The position numbers were made by a program, and so were the translations under genes. 64,000 nucleotides of DNA from Sphingomonadaceae bacterium (GTDB lineage: Bacteria > Pseudomonadota > Alphaproteobacteria > Sphingomonadales > Sphingomonadaceae), in NCBI GenBank assembly GCA_947451145.1, contig CANFXW010000005.1, positions 66,230 to 130,229 on the forward strand, read 5' to 3'. Below the pieces are notes generated by a model. That model ran no database searches, had not been told where the DNA came from, and saw only the letters and a list, made by a program, of their open reading frames with translations. How positions within the stretch are numbered: the stretch's first letter is position 1; each line of letters opens with the position of its first letter. Of the stretch, positions 55,411 to 64,000 are shown in pieces.

Positions 55411-55457
55411 TTTTGCCAAGGTTGGGGTCGAGGGTTCGAATCCCTTCGCCCGCTCCA
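55411..55457 (+). other. 3' portion (anticodon loop to CCA) of tRNA-Gly(GCC): putative ICE attachment site (attR), not an intact tRNA
   Basis: TTGCCAAGGTTGGGGTCGAGGGTTCGAATCCCTTCGCCCGCTCCA matches the canonical tRNA-Gly anticodon loop, variable loop, T-arm and acceptor 3' strand. No GCGGGCG acceptor 5' strand or D-arm lies upstream. Confidence 0.7.
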
Positions 55458-55594
55458 GTCTTTCCGACAATTTCGGAAAATTCGTGACAGGCCGTAGAGG
55501 CCTCAAGCACACATTCTTATGCTGGCACGTCCTCCCGTCCCGCGGGCAGAATGCTCTCAAGTTTGCCGGTCACCGCCAGGGCTTCATCAGCGCC

Positions 55595-57106
55595 TTATTT
55601 GCAGGCCCCGTTCCCTGCATTGCGCACCGCGACAAATGCGATCGATTGGGCCGGAACGCTCAGACTGCCCGCTACGGGCGTCCCGCCGAGGTTGGTGAGA
55701 TTGCTCCTGGTATCGATCCCCGGCGTCAGGCCGTTGATCTTGATATTTCGAGTGTCGATCGGTTCGCCGGTGATGGTCCAGCCCAGCGCACCTGCGCCCA
55801 CGCCCAAGGTTTGGTCCGAGGTGCCAGTGTTGATCGCCAGCAAGCCGACGCCGCCGGGTTGACCGCGCAGGCAATGGGCAAAGAGGCGCAAGTCGGGCGA
55901 GGGCGATTTGGGGGCTGCAAGCACGGTCGTGCCCATGGTGCGCTTCCACAGTACCGCGGCCCAGTAATTCGGGCGCGGCACGCCAGTGTCATGGTCGATC
56001 ATGCCGTAGTCGGAAGCATCGAGCGTGTTGTGCGCGACAACCTGCACACCCTTCTGTGCCAGCACGCCAAGCTGGTTGAGGAAACGGAATGTGTCGAGGT
56101 AGGTTGAGGCCCAAGGGCTGCCGCCACAAGCCGCCTGTGCCGTCTCGTTGAGCCACAGAGGTTTGCCCGGTGCGTACTTGTCGCGCAAGCCGTGATAGTA
56201 TGCTTCATCGGTAAGAGTGCGATTAAGCCAAGCGGCTGTCAGCGCCTCGTCCTTCAGGCCGGGGCCTGAACCGCAACGCTGCGAAACGTTGCCGTAAAAA
56301 TGGTAAGTGAAGATATCGAGGCTGTTCGGATCGAGCTTCAGCAGGTCTTCGGAACGAATCAGGCCAACGCCCTGTGTGGCGGTCCCATCCTTCATCATCG
56401 TGCCTTCGGCAGTCCCGCCCGTGCCGGATATTTTCAAATCAGGTGCAGACTTCTTCGCCCACGCCCGGAAAATGCGGAAATCGCGGGAATAGTCGGCTGC
56501 AGTGTAGTCCTTGGGAAAACCGCCGTGGGTGGGAATGGTCGGCTCGTTGAACAGTTCCGCGCCATAGATGCTGCCGCCAGCTTCGCGGGTGAGATCGACA
56601 AGGCGCTGCGCCTGCTCGGGATTCCAGCTGCCATCGGCATTGCGCGCGCCGGGACCGGCGGGAAAGCTGGTGACGATGCGCGCGTTGGTTGCTTTGGCGA
56701 AAGCGACGACACCACGCCATGCCTCCCGGCTCAAAACCTGATTATAGCCTTCGGGTGGCGTTGTGACAGTCTCATCTTTCGCGGGGAGGTAGGTGGTGTT
56801 GGCCCAGGTGCCCGAAACCCTGAGGTAGGTCGGTCCGAGCTGCCTGGCAAAGGCGAGGAGCGAGGGGTCGGCCAGATTCACCGCAGGACGCATCCGGTAT
56901 CTGTCATTGCCAAAACCATAGGGTGCCCAGAAGCGCCCGCCGGTCACTTCGACCATTTCGATATTGTAGGAAAGATAGCGATCCGAAACAGTTGCCACGC
57001 GGTGTAGCGAGGCCAAGGGGCTCTTTGGCGGGCTCTTTGCAGGCTTTGCACCAGCACCGGAGCACAGAACGGAGGCCGCAAGGGCCAGAGCAATCGTGCG
57101 CTTCAT
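55595..57106 (-). CDS. Secreted GH79-like glycoside hydrolase (beta-glucuronidase/heparanase-like)
   Basis: Start trimmed to ATG 57106 (MKRTIALALAASVLCSGAGA signal peptide; GAGGAG SD). ELFNEPT (acid/base) and LWLNETAQAACGGS (nucleophile) resemble the GH79 GNEPN / GETSSAYGGG motifs. Confidence 0.55.
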   Translation of the reverse strand: MKRTIALALAASVLCSGAGAKPAKSPPKSPLASLHRVATVSDRYLSYNIEMVEVTGGRFWAPYGFGNDRYRMRPAVNLADPSLLAFARQLGPTYLRVSGTWANTTYLPAKDETVTTPPEGYNQVLSREAWRGVVAFAKATNARIVTSFPAGPGARNADGSWNPEQAQRLVDLTREAGGSIYGAELFNEPTIPTHGGFPKDYTAADYSRDFRIFRAWAKKSAPDLKISGTGGTAEGTMMKDGTATQGVGLIRSEDLLKLDPNSLDIFTYHFYGNVSQRCGSGPGLKDEALTAAWLNRTLTDEAYYHGLRDKYAPGKPLWLNETAQAACGGSPWASTYLDTFRFLNQLGVLAQKGVQVVAHNTLDASDYGMIDHDTGVPRPNYWAAVLWKRTMGTTVLAAPKSPSPDLRLFAHCLRGQPGGVGLLAINTGTSDQTLGVGAGALGWTITGEPIDTRNIKINGLTPGIDTRSNLTNLGGTPVAGSLSVPAQSIAFVAVRNAGNGACK

Positions 57107-57117
57107 CGTCTCTCTCC

Positions 57118-58332
57118 TCACCAGTTCCACATCGTGCCGTCTTCCAGCCGGGCGACCGGGAGGTAAGCGGGCTTGTAGGGGTATTTTGCGGCCAGTTTCT
57201 CGTCGATATCGACGCCGTGGCCGGGGCTTTCGCCGCAGAACAGCTCGCCCGCATCGAAGTGATAGTCATGCGGGAAAACCGCGTCGGTCTCCTCGGAGTG
57301 GCGCATGTATTCCTGAATGCCGAAATTGGGCACCCAGGTATCGAAGTGCAGCGCGCAGCCCATGGTGACGGGCGAAAGGTCGGTCGCGCCGTGGCAGCCG
57401 GTGCGGATCTGGTAAAGCGCGGCAAGGTCGGCAATGCGCCGCAGGTGCGTGATCCCGCCCGCGCCGACCACGGTGCAGCGGATATAGTCGATCAACTGGT
57501 TCTGGATCAGGTCCTTGGCGTCCCAGATGGTGTTGAAGATCTCGCCCACGGCGAGTGGGGTGACGGTGTGCTGGCGCACCAGCTTGAACGCCTCCTGATT
57601 TTCCGCCGGAGTGCAATCCTCCAGCCAGAACAGCTGGTATGGCTCGAGCATCTTGCCGAGGTTGGCGGCTTCCTGCGGGGTGTAGCGATGGTGGCCATCG
57701 TGCAGCAGGTGGTGGTCAAAGCCGTATGTTTCACGCAGCTTCTCGAACAGCTTGGGGACATAGTTCAGCGCCTTGCGCGTGTCCCAGCCGGTGACCGAGG
57801 GCAGGGCGGCATCGGCCGGTTCGTAATAGAGCTTGCCGCGCCCGACACCGTAGGCGTCCTTGATGCCGGGAACGCCGGTCTGCGCCCGGATCGCTTTATA
57901 GCCCATGTCGATGTACTGGCCGACGGCATCGACCGTCTCGGCAATGTCTGATCCGTTGGCGTGGCCATAGACCATCACCCCGTCACGGCTGCGCCCGCCG
58001 AGCAGTTGATAGAGCGGCATTCCGGCCATCTTGGCCTTGATGTCCCACAGTGCCATATCGACAGCAGCAATCGCCCGCATTGTCACCGGGCCGCGCCGCC
58101 AATAGGCTCCGCGATAGAGATATTGCCAGATATCCTCGATCCGGCGTGGGTCCATGCCAATCAGGCAGGGGATGACGTGCTCTTCCAGATAGGCGACCAC
58201 CGAAAGCTCGCGCCCGTTCAGCGTGCCATCGCCGATGCCATAGACACCCTGATCGGTCTCGATCTTGAGCGTAACGAAATTGCGTCCCGGACAGGTGACG
58301 ATAACGCGGGCGGCGGTAATCTTCATGGGCAT
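57118..58332 (-). CDS. manD: D-mannonate dehydratase, enolase-superfamily type (ManD)
   Basis: 404 aa. The N-terminus [51 protein letters not shown]... is very close to the Novosphingobium ManD sequence as I recall it. Uronate-catabolism neighbours. Confidence 0.8.
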   Translation of the reverse strand: MPMKITAARVIVTCPGRNFVTLKIETDQGVYGIGDGTLNGRELSVVAYLEEHVIPCLIGMDPRRIEDIWQYLYRGAYWRRGPVTMRAIAAVDMALWDIKAKMAGMPLYQLLGGRSRDGVMVYGHANGSDIAETVDAVGQYIDMGYKAIRAQTGVPGIKDAYGVGRGKLYYEPADAALPSVTGWDTRKALNYVPKLFEKLRETYGFDHHLLHDGHHRYTPQEAANLGKMLEPYQLFWLEDCTPAENQEAFKLVRQHTVTPLAVGEIFNTIWDAKDLIQNQLIDYIRCTVVGAGGITHLRRIADLAALYQIRTGCHGATDLSPVTMGCALHFDTWVPNFGIQEYMRHSEETDAVFPHDYHFDAGELFCGESPGHGVDIDEKLAAKYPYKPAYLPVARLEDGTMWNW

Positions 58333-58371
58333 CCTGTGTTTTTGCTTTTGGCCGGGTTATGGTCGAACCTT

Positions 58372-58384
58372 GACCAGATTGGTC
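58372..58384. promoter_or_regulatory. Palindrome GACCAgatTGGTC in the manD/uxaC divergent promoter region (candidate GntR-type operator)
   Basis: Read directly. A further ATTGGT half-site lies at ~58399-58404. Confidence 0.3.
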
Positions 58385-58544
58385 TGACCTGTCAATCCGA
58401 TTGGTAAGGCCAAAGCTGTTTCGCATGGCCTTCGGGCGGATATTGGGCTTGTGCCAGGCAGCAAAATCGGCATTAGGAAACCGGTGTCATAAGCTCACGA
58501 ATTGTGCCAAAAGGTATTGCGCAACCAATCCGGAGTCTCTCCCC

Positions 58545-59957
58545 TTGCCTCATTCCGCATCCCGCCCGCTGACACTCCATCCCGACCGGCTATTGCCTGC
58601 CGATCCGGCCACGCGCGCCCTTGCGCGGGAGCTTTATGCCTCGGTCGCTGGCCTGCCGATTGTCAGCCCGCACGGCCACACGGACCCTTCGTGGTTCGCT
58701 GGCAACGCCTCATTCGGCAATGCAACCGAACTGCTGTTGGTGCCGGACCACTACGTTTTCCGCATGCTCTATTCCCAAGGCGTGCCGATGGAAGCGCTCG
58801 GTGTCGGTGGGGCGAAAGTCGATCCGCGCGAGGCATGGCGGCTGTTTGCGGAACGCTATCATCTGTTCCGCGGAACGCCCTCGCGCATGTGGCTGGATTG
58901 GGTCTTTGCCGAAGCTTTCGGCATCGATGTACGGCTGGATGGCGGGACCAGCGACCATTACTTCGATACGATCACCGATGCCCTCACCACCGATGCCTTC
59001 CGCCCCCGCGCCCTGTTCGAGCGGTTCAATATCGAGGTGATTGCGACCACCGAAAGCCCGCTCGACAGCCTTGAACACCACGCGGTGATTGGCGCATCAG
59101 GCTGGCAGGGCAAGGTCGTCACCGCCTATCGCCCCGATCCGGTGGTCGATCCCGATTTCGAGGGCTTCCGCGATAACCTGAGGACCTTCTCGGATCTGAC
59201 CGGCGAGGATTGCCTGTCCTGGACCGGCTACCTGAACGCACACCGCCAGCGCCGCGCTTTCTTCGCTTCGATGGGTGCGACCAGCACCGATCACGGCCAC
59301 CCGACCGCGCTGACCGCTGACCTAGGCACTGTGGAAGCTGAGGCGCTGTTCCGCAAAGTATTGGCTGGCACATTCACGGCGGAAGATGCGGAACTGTTCC
59401 GCGCCCAGATGCTCACCGAGATGGCGGCAATGTCTATCGACGACGGCCTAGTCATGCAGATCCACCCGGGGGCTTTCCGCAACCACAACGCCCGCGTGTT
59501 TGAGACGTTCGGGCGCGACAAGGGCGCGGATATCCCGAGCCGCACCGAATATGTCCGCGCGCTGAAACCCCTGCTCGACCGTTTCGGCAATGACCCGCGC
59601 CTTTCGGTGATCCTCTTCACGCTGGATGAGAGCACCTATGCCCGCGAACTGGCCCCGCTCGCCGGACACTATCCCTGCCTCAAGCTCGGCCCGGCCTGGT
59701 GGTTCCACGATAGCCCCGAAGGCATGCGCCGCTTCCGCCGCGCGACGACCGAGACGGCGGGCTTCTACAACACCGTCGGCTTTAACGATGATACCCGCGC
59801 GTTCCTCTCGATCCCGGCGCGGCATGACGTTGCCCGGCGGATCGACTGCGGCTTCCTCGCCGAACTGGTGATGGAACACCGCATCGAAGACTGGGAAGCA
59901 GCGGAGCTGGCGCAGGAACTCAGCTACAATCTGGTCAAGCAGGCTTACAAGCTGTGA
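58545..59957 (+). CDS. uxaC: Glucuronate isomerase
   Basis: RPLTLHPDRLLPADPATRALARELY...PIVSPHGHTDP is the classic UxaC N-terminus. No in-frame ATG is nearby, so TTG 58545 (GGAG upstream) is used, giving ~470 aa. The track start 58401 looks over-extended. Confidence 0.8.
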   Translation: MPHSASRPLTLHPDRLLPADPATRALARELYASVAGLPIVSPHGHTDPSWFAGNASFGNATELLLVPDHYVFRMLYSQGVPMEALGVGGAKVDPREAWRLFAERYHLFRGTPSRMWLDWVFAEAFGIDVRLDGGTSDHYFDTITDALTTDAFRPRALFERFNIEVIATTESPLDSLEHHAVIGASGWQGKVVTAYRPDPVVDPDFEGFRDNLRTFSDLTGEDCLSWTGYLNAHRQRRAFFASMGATSTDHGHPTALTADLGTVEAEALFRKVLAGTFTAEDAELFRAQMLTEMAAMSIDDGLVMQIHPGAFRNHNARVFETFGRDKGADIPSRTEYVRALKPLLDRFGNDPRLSVILFTLDESTYARELAPLAGHYPCLKLGPAWWFHDSPEGMRRFRRATTETAGFYNTVGFNDDTRAFLSIPARHDVARRIDCGFLAELVMEHRIEDWEAAELAQELSYNLVKQAYKL

Positions 59958-61321
59958 GCGATCTGCGCCTCAATCCCTTCACGCTGGCAACCTTCGCGCC
60001 TGCGGACGCCGAGCGCTATGACTATGACCGCGATGCGCAAGGCTGCGGCATTGTTCATTTCGGCATCGGCGCGTTCCACCGCGCGCATCAGGCCTGGTAC
60101 ACCGATCTTGCCATGTCAGCGGGTGATCGCGACTGGGGCATTATCGGCGTCTCGCTGCGATCAGGCGAAGTTGCGCACCAGATGAACCCGCAGGAAGGGC
60201 TCTACACCATCACCGAGCGTTCGGGCGAGGGCACGAAGACCCGCATCATTGGTGCGGTCAAGCAGGTGCTGGTCGCACCCTATGAGCCGGACGAGGTGGT
60301 TGCCGCGCTCGCCGCGCCGGGCACTCGCATTGCCAGCTTCACCATCACCGAAAAGGGCTATTGCCGCGCCAAGGATGGAAGCCTTGATCCGGCGCTGGCT
60401 GGCGACGAGAGCGTCTACCACTACCTCGCCCTTGGCTTGCGCCGCCGGCACGATGCGGACCTTCCCGGGCTGACCCTGCTCAGCTGCGATAACTTGGCCG
60501 ACAACGGCAAGCAGCTGGCACGACTGATGCGCGAATATCTGACGTGGCACGATCCGGCCTTGCTGGCTTGGTTCGAGGCGGAATGCACCTGTCCGTCCTC
60601 AATGGTCGACCGCATTGTTCCCGCCACCACCGCGGAGGATCGGGACGTCGTGGCCGAGACGCTCGACGAACTGCGCGATGAAGCGGCAGTGATGACCGAG
60701 CCGTTCAGCCAATGGGTGATTGAAGACAGGTTCGCAAACGGCCGTCCATCTTGGGACAAGGTCGGCGCGCAATTGGTGGCAGATGTCCGGCCCTATGAAA
60801 CCGCCAAGCTGCGGATGCTCAACGGCGCGCATTCGATGCTGGCCTATGTCGGCCTCGCGCATGGCCACACTTATGTTCATGAGGCCATGGCCGATCCCAC
60901 TATCCGCTCTCAGGCCGACCACCTGATGCGCGAGGAGGCCCTCCCCACAATCGCCGCCGCGCCGGGGCAGGATCTATCCTCTTATGCAGATGATCTACTG
61001 ACGCGCTTCGCCAACCCTGCGCTCCAGCACCGGCTTATCCAGATTGCGATGGATGGCAGCCAAAAGATCCCGCAACGCTGGCTTGAAACGCTTGCGGCCA
61101 ATCGGGAGTTGGGCCGCGATTGTCCGGCAATTCTGGCGGGTATTGCCGCGTGGATGGGGCATTTGCGCGGGCGCAATGGCCCGGTTGATGATCCGCGCGC
61201 GTCGGAGTTGTCCAGCGCTGTCGGCGGAGCTGATCCACTCGATGCCTTGTTTGGAGAGGGCGGCCTGCTAGCCTCTGGCTGGGTCCCCAGCGAGGCAAAC
61301 CGCAGGAAAATCCTCGGCTAG
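59954..61321 (+). CDS. uxuB: Mannitol-dehydrogenase-family oxidoreductase (probable fructuronate reductase / D-mannonate oxidoreductase)
   Basis: 455 aa. GIVHFGIGAFHRAHQAWY N-terminal motif. ATGA-type overlap with uxaC. Confidence 0.7.
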   Translation: MSDLRLNPFTLATFAPADAERYDYDRDAQGCGIVHFGIGAFHRAHQAWYTDLAMSAGDRDWGIIGVSLRSGEVAHQMNPQEGLYTITERSGEGTKTRIIGAVKQVLVAPYEPDEVVAALAAPGTRIASFTITEKGYCRAKDGSLDPALAGDESVYHYLALGLRRRHDADLPGLTLLSCDNLADNGKQLARLMREYLTWHDPALLAWFEAECTCPSSMVDRIVPATTAEDRDVVAETLDELRDEAAVMTEPFSQWVIEDRFANGRPSWDKVGAQLVADVRPYETAKLRMLNGAHSMLAYVGLAHGHTYVHEAMADPTIRSQADHLMREEALPTIAAAPGQDLSSYADDLLTRFANPALQHRLIQIAMDGSQKIPQRWLETLAANRELGRDCPAILAGIAAWMGHLRGRNGPVDDPRASELSSAVGGADPLDALFGEGGLLASGWVPSEANRRKILG

Positions 61322-61334
61322 CTTACCATAAGTA

Positions 61335-61360
61335 CGGCGGGGGCCAATCCGCCCCCGCCG
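61335..61360. terminator. Strong GC hairpin between convergent genes, followed by a C9 homopolymer
   Basis: cGGCGGGGGC-caatcc-GCCCCCGCCg (10-bp stem) read directly, with ccccccccc at 61361-61369. There is no T-run, so a terminator function is only inferred. Confidence 0.35.
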
Positions 61361-61371
61361 CCCCCCCCCGT

Positions 61372-62787
61372 TCAAAGTCCCAGATCGAGGACCTTGCCAT
61401 CGAAGTTGCCGCCCAGCTTCTGGGTGGCTGCTGCCAGCTTCGCCGGATCGTCATGCGCAATGTAGCCGTCGATCAGCCGCTGATAGTTGGCAACCAGACC
61501 TTCGACATCCTTTGCCAGCCGCATAAAGTCAAAGCCCTGCGAATGCAGGCCCTTCTGCTGGATCGGAATGTTCGAATAGTCCTGACGCGGAATCATCGGG
61601 AAGTCCTGGCTGTCATAGGGCAGGATCGTCGGTGCCATGGGTGGAGCGGGTTCCTGTCCTTCCGGGAACTGGGTTAGCGACCAGATCTCGAACAGGCAGC
61701 TTTCCGGACCCAGCGGGCGGATGCGGTAGGATGACATGGAGGTGAAGAAGGTCAGCAGGAAGTAGTGCGGGAACAGGAACGAGACCGCCTCAAGTGGATG
61801 TTCGACCATCACCTGGTTGAGGTCTGGCGCGTCCTCGCCGTGTGCGCGCAGTTCTGCTGTTATGGCGGCGTTGACCTTGCCAAACCACATCATCATCGCC
61901 TGATGCGGATCGTCGGGCAGGCCGTCGTGGCCAATCGAGCGGGCAATCTCGACTTCCTTGGCGTGGACCAAGCCCGACATGCCTTCGTTGAGCAGTTCAA
62001 GATTCCGGACTTGAGCCGCAATGTTGTCTGCAACGCTGATGTCCGGATTGATCTGAGGGCCAAGGCCGCCGGTGTCATTGCCATAGCGCGAGTTGTACAG
62101 CGCCGGCACCGCGTGCTGCAGTTGCGGGTGGGTTTTCATCACGTGGTAGCCTTCCATGAAGGCCTCCATCGCGATTTTCCAGTTCGCGGGAAGAACAGTC
62201 GCGAACCACCATTCGGAGCGCAACTTTTCCATCTTGCGGGCATCGAAGCCATCGAGCAGCGGACCCATGCTCTCACGCAGCGAAGGCGCGTTGTCATCGA
62301 AGTTGATGAAAGCGCAGCCGCCCCAAGTCTCAACCCGGCAGCTCTTCAGCGCGAGTTCCTTTTGATCGAGCAGGTCCTCGCTGAACAGGTGTCGGCCATA
62401 AACGAAGGTGCTTTCGCCATCCATGTTCCAACGCCAGCCGTGGAAGGGGCAGATGAAGCCGGACTTGGCGCAGTTGCCGTGGTCGGCACCATGGCCGCCG
62501 GCGATCGGCACGCCGCGGTGGCGGCAATGGTTGTGGTGTGCCTTGACCCCGTCCCTGGTGCGGACGACGATCACCGACTTGCCTACGTTTGAATACTCGA
62601 TCCAGTCACCGACCTTGGGGATCTGCTCCAGACGGCAGGCCATCTGCCAGACATGCGGCCACAGGTTTTCGACTTCGGCCTGATAAAAGGCCTCGTCATA
62701 ATACCGCTTCGAAGGGATCAGTTCGGGGTTCTCGATCGGGAAAGGATTTGCCGCACGCAGCATTCCCGCAGGGTCCATTTCAGCCAT
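61372..62787 (-). CDS. Rieske [2Fe-2S] aromatic-ring-hydroxylating oxygenase alpha subunit
   Basis: 471 aa. Rieske motif CRHRGVPIAG...CPFHGWRW. Confidence 0.8.
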   Translation of the reverse strand: MAEMDPAGMLRAANPFPIENPELIPSKRYYDEAFYQAEVENLWPHVWQMACRLEQIPKVGDWIEYSNVGKSVIVVRTRDGVKAHHNHCRHRGVPIAGGHGADHGNCAKSGFICPFHGWRWNMDGESTFVYGRHLFSEDLLDQKELALKSCRVETWGGCAFINFDDNAPSLRESMGPLLDGFDARKMEKLRSEWWFATVLPANWKIAMEAFMEGYHVMKTHPQLQHAVPALYNSRYGNDTGGLGPQINPDISVADNIAAQVRNLELLNEGMSGLVHAKEVEIARSIGHDGLPDDPHQAMMMWFGKVNAAITAELRAHGEDAPDLNQVMVEHPLEAVSFLFPHYFLLTFFTSMSSYRIRPLGPESCLFEIWSLTQFPEGQEPAPPMAPTILPYDSQDFPMIPRQDYSNIPIQQKGLHSQGFDFMRLAKDVEGLVANYQRLIDGYIAHDDPAKLAAATQKLGGNFDGKVLDLGL

Positions 62788-62826
62788 TGCAGCACCTCTT
62801 GTTCTTATGATTGGTGGAAGCAGCGA

Positions 62827-63672
62827 TCAGCTGAAGGGTTCATCGCCCAGCAGGATCGTCCGCTTCAACAGGCGGCCGCAATCGGGATCATAGGGCATGG
62901 CGCGGTGCAGGGTGCCGGTGTTGTCCCACATGACGGAATCGCCGACTTCCCACTCGTGCGCATAGTGATAGGGCTCGCTGGTCGCGAACTCGCGCAGGCC
63001 GTGGAGGATGCGGGCGCTTTCCTCATAGTCCTTGCCCACCACGTTGCGGGCGGTGTTGCCCAGAACCAGCGACTTGCGACCAGTGCTATGGTGCCAGACC
63101 AGCGGCAGTTCCTGCGTGCCCTTCGACATCCAGTCGTTCAGCTGTTCCATCGATGGTTCAGGGGTATGATAGAGCTGCGAAACCCACATCGCGTGGACAA
63201 CCCGCAGATCATCGATCTGATCCTTGGTTTCTTGGCTGAGGTCGTCATAGGCGGCATAGCAGTTCGAGAATTCGGTGTTGCCGCCCCAGGTCGGCAGAAC
63301 CTTGCTGGTCAGAATCGAGCCGCGCACCGGCACCGGGTTCATCGTGCCGTCGACATGCCAGAACAGCGAGCCTTTGAGGTATTCGATCACCGACTTGTGA
63401 TGCTCGCCCGCGTCAAGCGAGATCGAGAAGATTGCGCCGCCATCGACACCGATCTCGGTGGCGTTTCCACCCAGCAGATTGGTGAACTTGACCTGTTCTT
63501 CTTCGGTCAAGTGCAGTTGCTTGAATACCAGCACACCGCGCTGTTCGAGCAGTTCATTGATTTCTGCCGAAAGCTCTCCACTCAGCAGTTCCTCTTTCGA
63601 GTTGAGCACGCGTGAGCCGATTTTCGGTTTGATTTCTTCCGACTTCAGCCGGGTGATTGTTACAGCGTTCAT
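62827..63672 (-). CDS. TauD/TfdA-family Fe(II)/2-oxoglutarate dioxygenase
   Basis: Start trimmed to ATG 63672 (AGGAGG SD). WHVDGT (HxD) and a later His are consistent with the TauD fold. Confidence 0.65.
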   Translation of the reverse strand: MNAVTITRLKSEEIKPKIGSRVLNSKEELLSGELSAEINELLEQRGVLVFKQLHLTEEEQVKFTNLLGGNATEIGVDGGAIFSISLDAGEHHKSVIEYLKGSLFWHVDGTMNPVPVRGSILTSKVLPTWGGNTEFSNCYAAYDDLSQETKDQIDDLRVVHAMWVSQLYHTPEPSMEQLNDWMSKGTQELPLVWHHSTGRKSLVLGNTARNVVGKDYEESARILHGLREFATSEPYHYAHEWEVGDSVMWDNTGTLHRAMPYDPDCGRLLKRTILLGDEPFS

Positions 63673-63758
63673 GGCAATCCTCCTGATTTTCCGTCGTGCT
63701 ATACAGGTGTTCAGCATGGTTCTTTGATTTGGCGCAAACTGCTCAGGCGATGGGGCGC

Positions 63759-64000
63759 TCAGGTGATGGGAACAGGTGCGCCGGTTCCCATGTATTTCGC
63801 CAACTGGACGTGCAGGTTCGTCACCTTCCGCTCCTGCCAGGGGTTGGGGAGATTACCCTTGAACCCGCGCGATTTGTAACCGCGCTGCATCTCCACCATG
63901 TTCGAGATGTCCTGCGCGATAACCAGCGGCCACTTGTCGAGATCCTGTTCGAGATAGGTCCATTCGGTCTCGGGTTCATCGCCGGGCGGGAAGCGATCGA
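63759..64000 (-). CDS. C-terminal fragment of a second Rieske-oxygenase alpha-subunit paralogue (N-terminus beyond the window)
   Basis: My reverse translation ends ...MVEMQRGYKSRGFKGNLPNPWQERKVTNLHVQLAKYMGTGAPVPIT* with its stop at 63759-63761. It resembles the C-terminus of the 61372-62787 product. Confidence 0.45.
   Translation of the reverse strand, partial: DRFPPGDEPETEWTYLEQDLDKWPLVIAQDISNMVEMQRGYKSRGFKGNLPNPWQERKVTNLHVQLAKYMGTGAPVPIT

Larger units (their letters stand above)
1..55457. mobile_element. Integrative conjugative element (partial; Trb-type T4SS, tRNA-Gly-integrating), right end at the tRNA-Gly 3' repeat
   Basis: Collinear trb operon, ArdC/ParB/strawberry-notch/toprim/DUF2493/DUF736 backbone, and a terminal tyrosine integrase next to a tRNA 3' fragment. 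Housekeeping catabolic genes begin immediately beyond it. No relaxase or TraG is in the window, so the element continues to the left. Confidence 0.8.

Noticed and set aside
55361-55457. An intact tRNA gene next to the integrase
   Set aside because: Only the anticodon loop, variable loop, T-arm and 3' acceptor strand of tRNA-Gly(GCC) are present. The required 5' acceptor strand (GCGGGCG) and D-arm are absent from the ~50 nt upstream. It is called as an att repeat / tRNA fragment instead.
1-64000. CRISPR arrays, rRNA genes, IS elements/transposases, retron or group II intron reverse transcriptases
   Set aside because: I saw no regularly spaced direct repeats with unique spacers. The only tandem repeat is coding, in trbI. 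No ORF showed DDE/transposase or RT (YxDD) motifs. The only recombinase is the tyrosine integrase.

Overview
High-GC alphaproteobacterial, Sphingomonadaceae-like DNA. Bases 1 to ~55457 belong to an integrative conjugative element (ICE). Its backbone here is a P-type Trb mating-pair-formation operon (trbB-C-D-E-J-K(alt)-L-F-G-I plus DUF2274, 5194-14642), LysR and NYN genes, ArdC, DUF2958, a ParB-like protein, a strawberry-notch methylase-helicase, a toprim protein, DUF2493, DUF736, an MqsA-like HTH protein and a tyrosine integrase (53951-55231). The integrase abuts a 3' fragment of tRNA-Gly(GCC) at 55411-55457, the putative attR. The relaxase/coupling-protein side of the ICE must lie beyond the left edge. 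Four cargo blocks interrupt the backbone, and all look like defence or toxin modules. (A) 1-4925: a KAP/YobI-type membrane P-loop NTPase (runs off the window, absent from the ORF track) plus AbiEi/AbiEii. (B) 16520-25897: an operon of SNF2 helicase, beta-class DNA methyltransferase and Res-like helicase with a C-terminal PD-(D/E)xK nuclease. (C) 31779-38875: six same-strand genes, namely an unknown, an XRE-ImmA/IrrE fusion, an AbiJ-like HEPN candidate, an unknown, a HEPN protein and a divergent single-HKD PLD nuclease. (D) 45988-52590: a 1819-aa GHKL-ATPase...DUF3883 giant protein plus a RES-Xre toxin-antitoxin pair. Right of the att site (55595-64000) is ordinary chromosome: a GH79-like glycosidase, enolase-superfamily D-mannonate dehydratase, uxaC, a mannitol-dehydrogenase-family reductase, two Rieske oxygenase alpha subunits (one partial) and a TauD/TfdA dioxygenase. 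I saw no rRNA, intact tRNA, CRISPR array, IS element or transposase. The best candidate for an undescribed system is cargo C, especially the abutting HEPN + PLD pair at 36449-38875. The giant GHKL-DUF3883 gene and the three-gene helicase-methylase-nuclease operon come next. All family calls rest on motifs read by eye and on recalled family knowledge; no database search was run.
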